Source of the DNA: Bacteroidota bacterium
GTDB taxonomy: Bacteria; Bacteroidota; Bacteroidia; UBA7662
Direction of reading: 5' to 3'
Assembly (NCBI GenBank): GCA_005799065.1
Contig: SYHW01000069.1
Coordinates: 1-60,300, forward strand
Length of the DNA stretch: 60,300 nt
Part shown: piece by piece, positions 7,018 to 16,551 of the stretch
Numbering within the stretch: the stretch's first letter is position 1
How the letters are laid out: every line of letters begins with the position of its first letter
The notes under the pieces: model-generated
Databases searched by the model: none
Told to the model about the DNA's origin: nothing
The model's input: only the letters and a program-made list of their open reading frames with translations
Made by a program: the position numbers and the translations under genes

Positions 7018-9843
7018 GTGGATCGAATCCGGATCGGCGTATTGATGGGGGGCAACAGCCGAGAACGCGAAGTCTCATTCGCCGGCGGACGAACCGTTAT
7101 CGACAACTTAGACCAATCGCTTTTCGAGGCCGTACCTCTATTCATCGACTCCTTTGGCCAAGCGGTTTTCATCAATTGGAAATGGATTTATAAAGGCTCG
7201 ATACGCGATTTTTATCCCGACTCAAGCTATTATCCAAGTCAGGCACAAGCGGGCGCAAGCACCTTTTATGCAGAGCAAATAGGCCCTTACAGCCCCTCCT
7301 TAGGCGCAGAATGGCGGTCCCAATTGGGCAAATCTGTTCGCTGGGACGAACTTCACGAACATATTGATATGGCTTTTCTCGCGCTTCATGGCAAAAATGG
7401 AGAAGACGGGCGCATTCAAGGCCTGCTGGAATACCACGGCATTCCCTACACAGGATCTGGAGTGGGCGCATCCGCCCTCGGCATGAACAAGCTTGCCCAA
7501 CGCCGAATCATGAAACAGATGGGATTGCCTGTTCCTGCATTTTGTTCGATCGACCGGCAGAGCTGGATCGGAAGAAACCAACAAGAGCGTATGGATCTTT
7601 ATACGGAATGGAGCGTAGCCTTGGGGTATCCCATGGTGATCAAGCCGGCAAACCAAGGAAGTTCCATTGGAATGAGCATCCTGAACCCGGCAAACCAAGG
7701 AAGTTCCAATGGGATGAGTACCCTGAACGTCGATGATCTCGAATTGTTTACGTCGGCCATAGACAGGGCATTTTTTAGAGGCGTGGTGAAGGGAAGCGAT
7801 TGGATTCGATTGACCGATCAACAAAAAATAAATCAGGCCATCGAATGGTCAGACCCCAAAAGCGGCATTGGACTACCTGCTAAAGGAATCGATGGACACA
7901 TCCTGTATCATGCCTTAGAATTGGTCGACTGGCTAAACAAAAATCTAAAGAACGATTCGGATACCGTCTGTTTCGACTCATTGGATGATGAGTCCGTGGT
8001 CTTGGGCGAGTCATTTTTAACCGGTGATGAGTTTTCCTGTATTGTTATAGAATCAGAAACGGGTCAACCCATCGCATTACCCCCAACCGGAATTCGCAAA
8101 TCTTCACTTTTATACGATTATAGGGCCAAATACCTACCCGGTCAGGCACGCAAAACCACGCCCATTGAACTGCCAGAAAATCAGATCCGGCGCATTCAGA
8201 AAGCCTGCGAAGAATTGTATATACTTTTAGGATTTGCGGTATATGCCCGCATCGATGGATTCATTAACCCCGACGGTACGGTATACCTCAACGACCCAAA
8301 CACCACCTCAGGTATGATGCCTTCTTCCTTTTTTTTCCATCAGGCGGCAGAAGTAGGCATGAATCCCAGTCAATTTTTAACCTATATAGTCTTCACTTCC
8401 TTACGGCGCATCGCGCGGCCGTGGGAATTTGAACGATCTCTGCCAGAAACCACAGAGGCAGCATCCCCTGATAAAAAATCACTTTCCACTTTTGGGAAAT
8501 TGCAACTGTTGCTTCATTCATCCAAAAATAATTCAGGAGAAAAAACACCCATAGCGGTCATTATGGGAGGAAGCTCTTCAGAACGTCATATTTCAGTGGA
8601 GTCGGGAAGGAATGTCTTCGAAAAGCTCAGTTCCTCCGGCATTTTCGACCCCATCAGCCTCTTTTTAACGGGAAGCGATGCCCATTTTCGCTTGTTTGAA
8701 ATTCCCATCAACCTGCATTTGAAAGATCATGCGGATGATATTGCGGGTAAACTAGAACATTATACTGAACATCCCATTGTCGTTGAGACCCGGAAACGAT
8801 GCGCGAAAATCACAGCACTTTTGGGCTGTCGACCCGTTGTTGCACCTAAGGAAATCAACTTGACACAGCTGGCAGGCCGAGTGCGTCAGGTGTTTATTGC
8901 GCTCCACGGGCGCCCAGGGGAGGATGGCACGCTTCAACGAGCACTCGAGGAGGTAGGACTGTCCTATAATGGATCAGGGCCCGAATCATCCGCGCTTACC
9001 ATCGATAAATACCGTACCAACAGACTGCTTGAAGAACACGGAATAAAGGTAGCGGCTGCGCGCTTGGTCAATTTAAGCGATGTGTGTTCCGCTGGTGGTT
9101 ATGAAGCATTGGCGGCCCGCATCATTCATGAAATGCCCCTTCCCCTGATTGCCAAACCGGTCGACGATGGTTGTTCATCTGGTGTAGTGCGAATCGATCA
9201 TATCGATAAACTTGTTGCCTATTTATCTACTTATTTAGTGAGTCGGGCCGATAAAAACAAGGAATCCCAGGCTTTTGAAGCCCTCGACCGGATTCTGATC
9301 GAGGAATGCATCGAACAAGGCTCGGCCGATCGTTTTCTTGAAGTTACTGGCGGAATGCTCATCCATACGTCTGATGAGGGATTGCCAATCTACGAAGTAT
9401 TTGAGCCGAGTGAAAGTTTGGCGGGTAAAGGAATCCTCAGCCTCGAAGAGAAGTTTTTGGCAGGAGAGGGGCAGAACATTACCCCTGCTCGTTTTTCGGC
9501 CAACCCGGTCGAACGGAACCAAATCAGTCATCAGGTTAAATCGGTTTTTGAACAGGTCGCACGCATTTTGGATGTGCGTGGCTACTGTAGAATTGATGCA
9601 TTTGTGCGTATTTTTGAACAATCCACCGGCCCCGAGGTGGAAGTACTGATTATCGAACTGAATTCACTCCCCGGAATGACCCCCGCTACCTGTATTTTTC
9701 ATCAATGTGCCCTTCAAGGTTATAAACCAGATGAGTTCATTCGACAGATATTAGTTGAGGGCAGAAACAGAAAGGCTGCAGAGGGCATGAGCAGAAACGC
9801 TTCAGAGGGCAGAAACAGGAACGCTAACGAGGCATACTTATGA
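7018..9843 (+). CDS. ddl: Fusion of two D-alanine--D-alanine ligase-like ATP-grasp modules
   Basis: The track ORF (6871-9843) overlaps the ferredoxin gene. The likely start is the GTG at 7018 (VDRIRIGVLMGGNS); alternatives are TTG 6991 and ATG 7045. Module 1 shows MGGNSREREVSFAGG, LALHGKNGEDG, KPANQGSSIG and ARIDGF..LNDPNTTSGM. Module 2 shows IMGGSSSERHISVESG, IALHGRPGEDG, KPVDDGCSSG and CRIDAF..IELNSLPGMT. Confidence 0.85.
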   Translation: MDRIRIGVLMGGNSREREVSFAGGRTVIDNLDQSLFEAVPLFIDSFGQAVFINWKWIYKGSIRDFYPDSSYYPSQAQAGASTFYAEQIGPYSPSLGAEWRSQLGKSVRWDELHEHIDMAFLALHGKNGEDGRIQGLLEYHGIPYTGSGVGASALGMNKLAQRRIMKQMGLPVPAFCSIDRQSWIGRNQQERMDLYTEWSVALGYPMVIKPANQGSSIGMSILNPANQGSSNGMSTLNVDDLELFTSAIDRAFFRGVVKGSDWIRLTDQQKINQAIEWSDPKSGIGLPAKGIDGHILYHALELVDWLNKNLKNDSDTVCFDSLDDESVVLGESFLTGDEFSCIVIESETGQPIALPPTGIRKSSLLYDYRAKYLPGQARKTTPIELPENQIRRIQKACEELYILLGFAVYARIDGFINPDGTVYLNDPNTTSGMMPSSFFFHQAAEVGMNPSQFLTYIVFTSLRRIARPWEFERSLPETTEAASPDKKSLSTFGKLQLLLHSSKNNSGEKTPIAVIMGGSSSERHISVESGRNVFEKLSSSGIFDPISLFLTGSDAHFRLFEIPINLHLKDHADDIAGKLEHYTEHPIVVETRKRCAKITALLGCRPVVAPKEINLTQLAGRVRQVFIALHGRPGEDGTLQRALEEVGLSYNGSGPESSALTIDKYRTNRLLEEHGIKVAAARLVNLSDVCSAGGYEALAARIIHEMPLPLIAKPVDDGCSSGVVRIDHIDKLVAYLSTYLVSRADKNKESQAFEALDRILIEECIEQGSADRFLEVTGGMLIHTSDEGLPIYEVFEPSESLAGKGILSLEEKFLAGEGQNITPARFSANPVERNQISHQVKSVFEQVARILDVRGYCRIDAFVRIFEQSTGPEVEVLIIELNSLPGMTPATCIFHQCALQGYKPDEFIRQILVEGRNRKAAEGMSRNASEGRNRNANEAYL
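7645..7728 (+). repeat. In-frame 42-bp tandem duplication inside Ddl module 1 (PANQGSSIGMSILN / PANQGSSNGMSTLN)
   Basis: The copies occupy 7645-7686 and 7687-7728 and differ at about 4-5 positions. Confidence 0.9.
9757..9834 (+). repeat. In-frame 24-bp tandem repeat x3.25 forming the C-terminal tail of the Ddl fusion
   Basis: The units encode EGRNRKAA / EGMSRNAS / EGRNRNAN / EA. On the DNA they start at 9757, 9781 and 9805, with a partial unit at 9829. Confidence 0.85.
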
Positions 9844-10601
9844 ACCTGGGACATTCACCTAAATTTCCCTATTGGGCGAGACACATAGCATTGATGGGTT
9901 TAGTGGGCCTGTTATTTCTTTTTGTACTCGATAAAAGCATTGATGCCTATACCCGACATGGACAGTCCGTATTGATGCCTCGTCTTTCTGGGGTAGACGC
10001 AAGCCTTGCGATTCAACAGCTTGAAGCTATTGGATTGGTCGGCATCATCAGTGATACGCTATATGTAGAAGATGCTATACCCGGGTCTGTTTGCCTGCAA
10101 GATCCTACCGAAAACAGTGAGGTAAAAGAAGGAAGAACAGTCTACCTAAGCATAGTGTCAGGTGATATACCCATGATTCGCATGCCCAATTTAGTTGATG
10201 TTAGTCTTCGCAAAGCAACAATGGATTTGAAACGACTGGGATTGCAAGTGGGTGACATTTCCACCCGACCAGACATAGCACACAATGTGGTTTTGGATAT
10301 GCGCCTCCAGGGCAGGAGCATTTCGGTCGGAACCCTTGTGGCCAAAGGCACCAAGCTCGATTTGGAGGTAGGCATGAGTGTACCCGATTCATTGATACCC
10401 ATTCCTGATCTGGTAGGACTCAGTATCGATGAGGCCCGTATGCTTTTGCATGAAAACGGTTTGTTTATGGGAAAAATACTCGAGGAATCCACAATATCTC
10501 AAACAGACAGGACGTTGATCATTCGACAAAGTCCCGAATCGAGTTCTGAAGAACTCATTAGAACCCTAACACCTATCGATGTTTGGATTGCTCCCGAATA
10601 G
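9840..10601 (+). CDS. Membrane-anchored PASTA-domain protein (3 PASTA repeats)
   Basis: 253 aa with an N-terminal TM helix (IALMGLVGLLFLFVL). Three repeats begin MPRLSGVDASLAIQQLEAIGL, MPNLVDVSLRKATMDLKRLGL and IPDLVGLSIDEARMLLHENGL. An ATGA overlap links it to ddl. Confidence 0.85.
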   Translation: MNLGHSPKFPYWARHIALMGLVGLLFLFVLDKSIDAYTRHGQSVLMPRLSGVDASLAIQQLEAIGLVGIISDTLYVEDAIPGSVCLQDPTENSEVKEGRTVYLSIVSGDIPMIRMPNLVDVSLRKATMDLKRLGLQVGDISTRPDIAHNVVLDMRLQGRSISVGTLVAKGTKLDLEVGMSVPDSLIPIPDLVGLSIDEARMLLHENGLFMGKILEESTISQTDRTLIIRQSPESSSEELIRTLTPIDVWIAPE

Positions 10602-10650
10602 AGGCCATTGCATTGCATTTTATATCATTATGCTGGGCACCCAACTTCAA

Positions 10651-12483
10651 ATGAAACTAATCCTTGCCTCACTCTTGCTTTTCACAGCATTGAGCGTTCA
10701 GGCGCAAGAGTTCACTAGCCCGATTACATCCCTGAAGTCCTTACAAGCCTATGCATCATCTCATCGGGCCGCCTACATCCTGGACACCATTAATCTCCCC
10801 TTAGTAGATGATTTCTCGCGACCCGATTTATGGCCTACACCCAGCATTTGGACCGACAACCACGTTTTCATTAATACGGACTTAGCTATATCACCTCCGA
10901 CCTTGGGCGTTGCCACTTTCGACGGGCTCAACTCAGCAGGACGCGCCTACGATACGGTGCCAAGCGGTAGGGGAGTAGCCGATCAATTGACATCCCAAGC
11001 TATAAACCTTCAAAATCTGAGTGTTGCCGACTCCGTATACCTCAGTTTTTTTTGGCAACCAGCGGGTCACGGTGAGCAACCCGAGTCAACAGACTCATTG
11101 GCTGTCGAATTTTGGGGCTCAGATTCGATATGGCGTGTCGTTTGGAGCCAACGTGGAACTTCCTATCTACCGTTTCGGCAGCAAATGTGTGGATTATTGC
11201 ATCCCCGTTATTTCCATTCAGGATTTCGCTTTCGGTTTTCAGCCTTCGGCAGCTTAACCGGTTTGGTGGACCTTTGGCACATCGATTACGTGAAATTGGC
11301 GCGCGCCCGGAACAGTGCCGATACGGTCTACACAGATGTCGCCATTAAAGAACGACCAAATTCGCCCATTTCGCCCTTGCGAAGGGCGCCTTACAGGCAA
11401 CTTTTATCAGCACCCGGCAATTTTCCGATTTCTCCCATTTCATTGCCCGTCACCAATCTTGGATTGGTTGACCGCAATATGGCCCATTCCTATACCTGTA
11501 TTGATGCTGCCGACAACAGCTTGGTTCAAAGTGTCCCTACACAGATTATTTCACCATTTACCGCGCTCAGTAGCCGGACCATAGATTACCCGTCTTTTGC
11601 CATACCCGTTCGCAACACCGACAGCTTAAACCTCGATTTCACCTACATCATTCAGGCTAATCCCGACGATCGGCGCGCCAACGATACCCTGAGAACACGA
11701 CTGTCTTTGTGGAATGATTACGCCTACGACGATGGGACGGCCGAAACGGGTTATGGGATAAATCTATTAGGCGCCAGCATAGCCTATAAATTTTATGTAG
11801 CGACACCAGATACCCTCAGAGGGGTGTGGATGTATTTCATTGAAGCAGCCGAAAGTGCCTCGCGAGAATTATTTAACCTCAAAGTATGGTCGCGCATTGG
11901 CGAGAATAACTTAGCGGGCGGTGAGAATCTGCTCACACAGATGGAGCGCCAAAAACCACGATATGCAGATAGTTTGGGTATTTTTGTCTTTTATCCACTC
12001 GATACGCCCGTTCTCGTTCGCGATTCATTCTATGTAGGCTGGCAACAACTTTCGACTCGCTTGCTGAATATTGGTCTCGATCGAAATTCTCAGGTGCCAG
12101 GTGTTCAATGGACCAGCGTCCAAGGAACCTGGCAACCTTCTTCAATACCGGGCAGCTGGATGATTCGCCCTGTGTTGGCCGACTCACTTTCCTTTCCAAC
12201 AGCCATTCATTCTATTCCAGACGTCAGAACAGCCTTGTTCTATCCAAATCCGACGAATGGAATAATGCGAATTCGTTGGGACCTTTTACCCGATGCTGAA
12301 AATCAGGAGAATCCATTATTTCAGTTCCGAATCAAAGATATGGGGGGACGGATCGTTGCAGAACAGTCCATTCGTCATTCACAGCAGCCAGAAGTTATTG
12401 AGATCGCAAGCGGATTGTACATTGCTGAACTGACCCAGCGAGACCGAATCGTGAACATTCAAAAAATTCTCATTCAGCCCTAA
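10651..12483 (+). CDS. Secreted protein of unknown function with a T9SS C-terminal sorting domain
   Basis: The signal peptide MKLILASLLLFTALSVQAQ starts at ATG 10651; the track ORF starts at 10579. The C-terminus (ALFYPNPTNGIMRIRW ... GLYIAELT ... KILIQP) is typical of a Por/T9SS CTD. Confidence 0.75.
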   Translation: MKLILASLLLFTALSVQAQEFTSPITSLKSLQAYASSHRAAYILDTINLPLVDDFSRPDLWPTPSIWTDNHVFINTDLAISPPTLGVATFDGLNSAGRAYDTVPSGRGVADQLTSQAINLQNLSVADSVYLSFFWQPAGHGEQPESTDSLAVEFWGSDSIWRVVWSQRGTSYLPFRQQMCGLLHPRYFHSGFRFRFSAFGSLTGLVDLWHIDYVKLARARNSADTVYTDVAIKERPNSPISPLRRAPYRQLLSAPGNFPISPISLPVTNLGLVDRNMAHSYTCIDAADNSLVQSVPTQIISPFTALSSRTIDYPSFAIPVRNTDSLNLDFTYIIQANPDDRRANDTLRTRLSLWNDYAYDDGTAETGYGINLLGASIAYKFYVATPDTLRGVWMYFIEAAESASRELFNLKVWSRIGENNLAGGENLLTQMERQKPRYADSLGIFVFYPLDTPVLVRDSFYVGWQQLSTRLLNIGLDRNSQVPGVQWTSVQGTWQPSSIPGSWMIRPVLADSLSFPTAIHSIPDVRTALFYPNPTNGIMRIRWDLLPDAENQENPLFQFRIKDMGGRIVAEQSIRHSQQPEVIEIASGLYIAELTQRDRIVNIQKILIQP

Positions 12484-12485
12484 GC

Positions 12486-12980
12486 ATGACCAACTCAATA
12501 GAACATCCCAAGCAACCTTCAGGCCTGGTAGGAAAATATTCAAGCGATTCTGTCACCGTGATGAATGAATTGGTGCTTCCCAACGACACCAACGTACTCA
12601 ACAACCTAATGGGCGGACGACTGCTTCATTGGATGGATATTTGTGCGGCCATCACCGCACAAAAGCACAGCAGCCGAACGGTTGTGACCGCTTGCGTAGA
12701 CCACGTCAGCTTCAAAAGGGCAATTAGATTGGGGAATCTGGTTACGCTCACTGCCCGTGTCACACGCGCATTCAATACATCCATGGAAATTCACCTGGAG
12801 GTTTGGGCCGAGAATATACCCGCACGGGAACGATTCCGCTGCAATGAGGCCTATTTCACCTTCGTGGCGGTGGATCATAGCGGCCACCCCATTCAAGTTC
12901 CTGAACTCATTCCTCAGACTGAAATGGAGCAGAAATTATACGATGAGGCCTTTAAAAGAAGGCAACTTCGTTTGGTTTAG
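12486..12980 (+). CDS. Acyl-CoA thioesterase (hotdog fold, YciA/Acot type)
   Basis: 164 aa. The segment VTVMNELVLPNDTNVLNNLMGGRLLHWMDICAAITAQKHS is typical of this family. Confidence 0.85.
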   Translation: MTNSIEHPKQPSGLVGKYSSDSVTVMNELVLPNDTNVLNNLMGGRLLHWMDICAAITAQKHSSRTVVTACVDHVSFKRAIRLGNLVTLTARVTRAFNTSMEIHLEVWAENIPARERFRCNEAYFTFVAVDHSGHPIQVPELIPQTEMEQKLYDEAFKRRQLRLV

Positions 12981-12987
12981 GAAAGAT

Positions 12988-15090
12988 TTATTTCCTGGTC
13001 GGTTTAAAATCAGAATCCAGGAGATTGGGATTGATCTTTGCCGTATCCAATTTCAGCCCCAAGGGTTGCGGGCCCATACTGATACTCATGGAGTGAGGCA
13101 ATTTAATTCCCAAGTCTACGGTCTTATAATCCCCATAAGTCGTGGTCTGGCTTGCTGCTGGCGCGCCTGGAGCACCAGATCCGACCTGTACTTTCTGAAG
13201 TTTTAATCCACTTTCAACATCGTAATATTCCTGGAATCGATCACCACCAGGAAGGGTGATTTCCAACATATGGCACAATTTTCCGTCTACTTCCTCAACC
13301 GAAATCAGCGAGCATGCATACGGAGCACGCGTATAACTGAGTTCCGGCAACATTTCTGCCGACAAGCGCACCTCTTCTAAATCACTGTCCTTGAGGTCGC
13401 GACTTCCTTGCATGCCCGACTCCTGAGCAGCCAGGCCATCAAAGCGGGTTTCTTGAACCACCCCCATTCCTGCCACTGAAATGGCCATTGCATACATAGA
13501 TGGGGTCTTACGCTTCATATTCATATTCATTTTCATTCCCTGCATTTCAGCAGAAAAAGAGAGGTCCATCGATTTCACCCTTTCCCAAGCCGTACGTCCC
13601 CCAACAGCGTCAATGTACTGGGCGATTACCTTTTGGGCCGTCATATCCGTGGATAGAACTCGTTTACTCAAATCGACTGGGCGGCCATATAAATCCACAA
13701 TCAAAGGACTGCCTTTGGCATCGAACCGCTTGAGTTTTTCTTCAATAGCAGAGCGTTGACCCACGCATATGATGTATGAACGGTTGGGGAAAATATGTTT
13801 ACGTGCCATGCCTTGAACAACCATGGGAGAAACATCACCCAATACCCGCAAATAATTCCGATAGTAGTCGGGCTGCAATCCGTAGCGCTCCATCTCAATC
13901 GCAAACTGAGCCAAGGTGCGCGGATTTTGGAGAGCGATGGCGAAGGTACCCGTCAGGTATTTTCGAATACCGTCGACCTCCTTCAGAGGAGGCATGGTAT
14001 CGCGCAAGCGGTTTAGTTCGTATAAAAATTCATGAACCGCACTATCGGTTACTTCCGTTCGAACCTGTGCATTGGCATTGAACAGACTCGATAATGGATC
14101 TTTAGACAAGCTACTGTAGGCACCATAGGTGTAGGCATGGGTCTCGCGCAGGTTATTGAACAAGCGAGCATCTCCGCCACCAAGAAGTGTATTCATCACC
14201 GATACGGGAATGACATCAGGGGCGTTAGGCGAGAGCGAAACAGGGTGAAGAATATTGATGACCGTTTGTACAGCAGCCGGACGATCCACAATCACGACCC
14301 GTGTTTCGGCCGGGGGCTCTGGTGTAGCATAAGATTGTGCAGGAATAGGACCGCGTTTCCACGAACCAAATGCAGATCGCACCAAAGTCTCGGCCTCAGA
14401 TCGGCTGATGTCGCCAACGATGGCCATATAAGCCAAATTGGGACGGAAATAGCGATCAAAAAAGCTGCGGCAAACATTGAGATCGATCGACTCCACAGAC
14501 TGCTCGGTAGTTATTTGTCCGTAGGGATGATTCATTCCATACACCATAGCCCTACGAACGTTCGCAGCGATGGCTCCCGCATCGTCTTTCTCTGTCTGAA
14601 GTCCTGAAATGGTCTGTTTCTTGATCCGATCAAGTTCTTCTTGGCGAAATTCATTATTCAAGAGCAGATCACTCATAATCTCAAACAATTCCGATTTGTA
14701 GCGCGATAAAGACGAAGCGTAAAATCCCCCAGAGCTGGTGGAAACAGTGGCACCTAACCGATCGATGGCCTCATCAATTTGCTCTTTGGTCTTGCCTTTG
14801 GTTCCCGTTCTCCACAAAGAACCCGTAACATCCATATAACCCGCTTGAGACCCCTCTATGGGTGGCACATAATCCAAAACCATCGAAACAGATAACGTGG
14901 GCAACTTGCTGTTGCTCACCACAAACACCTTCAAGCCATTATCAAGCGTGAACTGCTCGGGTGTGGCCAAATTGATTTCTGGTGCCGGTCCAGGAGAAGG
15001 ACGTACAGAACGATCGATCGATTGAGCAGATACTGTGGATGCAGCCCAAACAAATAAAACGGCGATCCTAAAAGACTGAATAAATTTCAT
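12988..15090 (-). CDS. M16-family (insulinase-like) protein without the HxxEH motif, with a ~230-aa C-terminal extension
   Basis: The signal peptide MKFIQSFRIAVLFVWAASTVSAQ starts at 15090; the track ORF starts at 15138. It has M16 N- and C-domain-like sequence but no zinc motif. It is paired with the active M16 gene upstream. Confidence 0.85.
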   Translation of the reverse strand: MKFIQSFRIAVLFVWAASTVSAQSIDRSVRPSPGPAPEINLATPEQFTLDNGLKVFVVSNSKLPTLSVSMVLDYVPPIEGSQAGYMDVTGSLWRTGTKGKTKEQIDEAIDRLGATVSTSSGGFYASSLSRYKSELFEIMSDLLLNNEFRQEELDRIKKQTISGLQTEKDDAGAIAANVRRAMVYGMNHPYGQITTEQSVESIDLNVCRSFFDRYFRPNLAYMAIVGDISRSEAETLVRSAFGSWKRGPIPAQSYATPEPPAETRVVIVDRPAAVQTVINILHPVSLSPNAPDVIPVSVMNTLLGGGDARLFNNLRETHAYTYGAYSSLSKDPLSSLFNANAQVRTEVTDSAVHEFLYELNRLRDTMPPLKEVDGIRKYLTGTFAIALQNPRTLAQFAIEMERYGLQPDYYRNYLRVLGDVSPMVVQGMARKHIFPNRSYIICVGQRSAIEEKLKRFDAKGSPLIVDLYGRPVDLSKRVLSTDMTAQKVIAQYIDAVGGRTAWERVKSMDLSFSAEMQGMKMNMNMKRKTPSMYAMAISVAGMGVVQETRFDGLAAQESGMQGSRDLKDSDLEEVRLSAEMLPELSYTRAPYACSLISVEEVDGKLCHMLEITLPGGDRFQEYYDVESGLKLQKVQVGSGAPGAPAASQTTTYGDYKTVDLGIKLPHSMSISMGPQPLGLKLDTAKINPNLLDSDFKPTRK

Positions 15091-15137
15091 GCACAGAAGA
15101 TTGGGTGTTGTTTCGATTCGATTTTTTTCGGAGCCCA

Positions 15138-16457
15138 TTAAGATTTTGGCTTAGGCAGATAAAAAAGACTGGTTCGGTTCGATGGTACTAAATACTTCCT
15201 TGCGGCTTCGCGAATTTCTTCGCGAGTCACTTTTTTGTACTGCTCCATTTCCCTGTTCACCATACCTGGATCGCCTTGGTACATCCAATAATCAGATAAG
15301 GTCTCGGCGATGCCTTCTACTGTAGACAGCGAATTCACAAAGGTATTCTCAACTTGATTGATCAATTTATCGTATTCGTCTTGAGAAATCAACTCAGTGC
15401 GTACCCGTTCGTATTCCTTTTCCATGGATTCCTCCAGTTGCTTTGGTTCTACCCCCATATTTACAATACCAAACATAAGCGAGACGCCCGCCTCCTTCAT
15501 AGCAATGGGGTAGGCCCCAACAAATAAAGCTTTTTGCTGTGTATTAACAATGCTTTTCTGAAATCGACTGCTTTCACCTTCTGAGAGCAATGTGGCTAGC
15601 AAATTTACAGCATGGTATTCAGGCGCCCCCAAAGCCGGTGTCTTGAAACTATGGATGACCGCTGGCAATTGAATATTGTCATACACTTGGTCTCGAATCT
15701 CCTTTTTCTGGGTAGGCTCTTTCACTACAGATCTTTTTAAGGAAGTAGCTCCGCGCGGAATACTCCCAAAATAGCGCTCGATCCACTCTTTCGCCTGCTG
15801 AGCATTGATGTCGCCCGCTATGCTGAGGATCGCATTGTCTGGTACATAGAATTTCTTGTAGAATGCATAAAATTCCTCCTTTTTCGCTGAATTCAGGTGA
15901 TCCATGGATCCAATCACCGAACGCTTATAGGGATGACGCGTAAAAGTACGCGACATGGTTTCGTCGAGCAATCCGCCATAAGGTGTATTCTCCAAACGCT
16001 GACGACGCTCCTCTTTGACCACTTCGCGTTGTGTTTCAATCCCCTTATCGTCGATCTTCGCATGAAGCATGCGCTCACTTTCCATCCAAAGTGCAAGTTC
16101 TAACTGATTAGAAGGCAAAATTTCGAAGTAAAATGTCCGGTCTTTGAAGGTATTGGCATTCAGTACGCCACCGTTTTCTTTCACCAATTTCATGTATTCG
16201 CCACGTGCTATATGCTCGCTGCCTTCGAACAAAAGATGTTCGAAAAAATGTGCGAAGCCTGTACGTGTAGGATCTTCATCCTTACTGCCCACATGGTAAG
16301 ACACCGTGACGGCCACGATGGGTGTTTGCTTGTCTTCATGTAAAATCACCTTCAAACCATTCGATAGGGTATATTGCTCAAATGCTATAGACTTCTGGGC
16401 TGCGGCATTTTGGGTAAAAACACAAAGTAAAATTATTGCGGGTAGCTTAAGATTCAT
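15138..16457 (-). CDS. M16-family zinc metallopeptidase (active subunit)
   Basis: The inverted zinc motif HFFEHLLFEGS (HxxEH) is present. The signal peptide MNLKLPAIILLCVFTQNAAAQ starts at 16457; the track ORF extends to 16598 into the ilvE 3' end. Confidence 0.9.
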   Translation of the reverse strand: MNLKLPAIILLCVFTQNAAAQKSIAFEQYTLSNGLKVILHEDKQTPIVAVTVSYHVGSKDEDPTRTGFAHFFEHLLFEGSEHIARGEYMKLVKENGGVLNANTFKDRTFYFEILPSNQLELALWMESERMLHAKIDDKGIETQREVVKEERRQRLENTPYGGLLDETMSRTFTRHPYKRSVIGSMDHLNSAKKEEFYAFYKKFYVPDNAILSIAGDINAQQAKEWIERYFGSIPRGATSLKRSVVKEPTQKKEIRDQVYDNIQLPAVIHSFKTPALGAPEYHAVNLLATLLSEGESSRFQKSIVNTQQKALFVGAYPIAMKEAGVSLMFGIVNMGVEPKQLEESMEKEYERVRTELISQDEYDKLINQVENTFVNSLSTVEGIAETLSDYWMYQGDPGMVNREMEQYKKVTREEIREAARKYLVPSNRTSLFYLPKPKS

Positions 16458-16551
16458 AAACCTAAAGAGATCGAACGAAGTGAAAATCATAGGGCGTAGG
16501 TTAATCAAATTAAAAATCCAGAAATTCAGTTGTATCATATAGCAACTCAAA

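Noticed and set aside
12979-12996. A small hairpin (AGGAAA/TTTCCT) spanning the 7-nt gap between the convergent thioesterase and M16 genes.
   Set aside because: It has only a 6-bp AT-rich stem without a U-tract, which is too weak to call a terminator.
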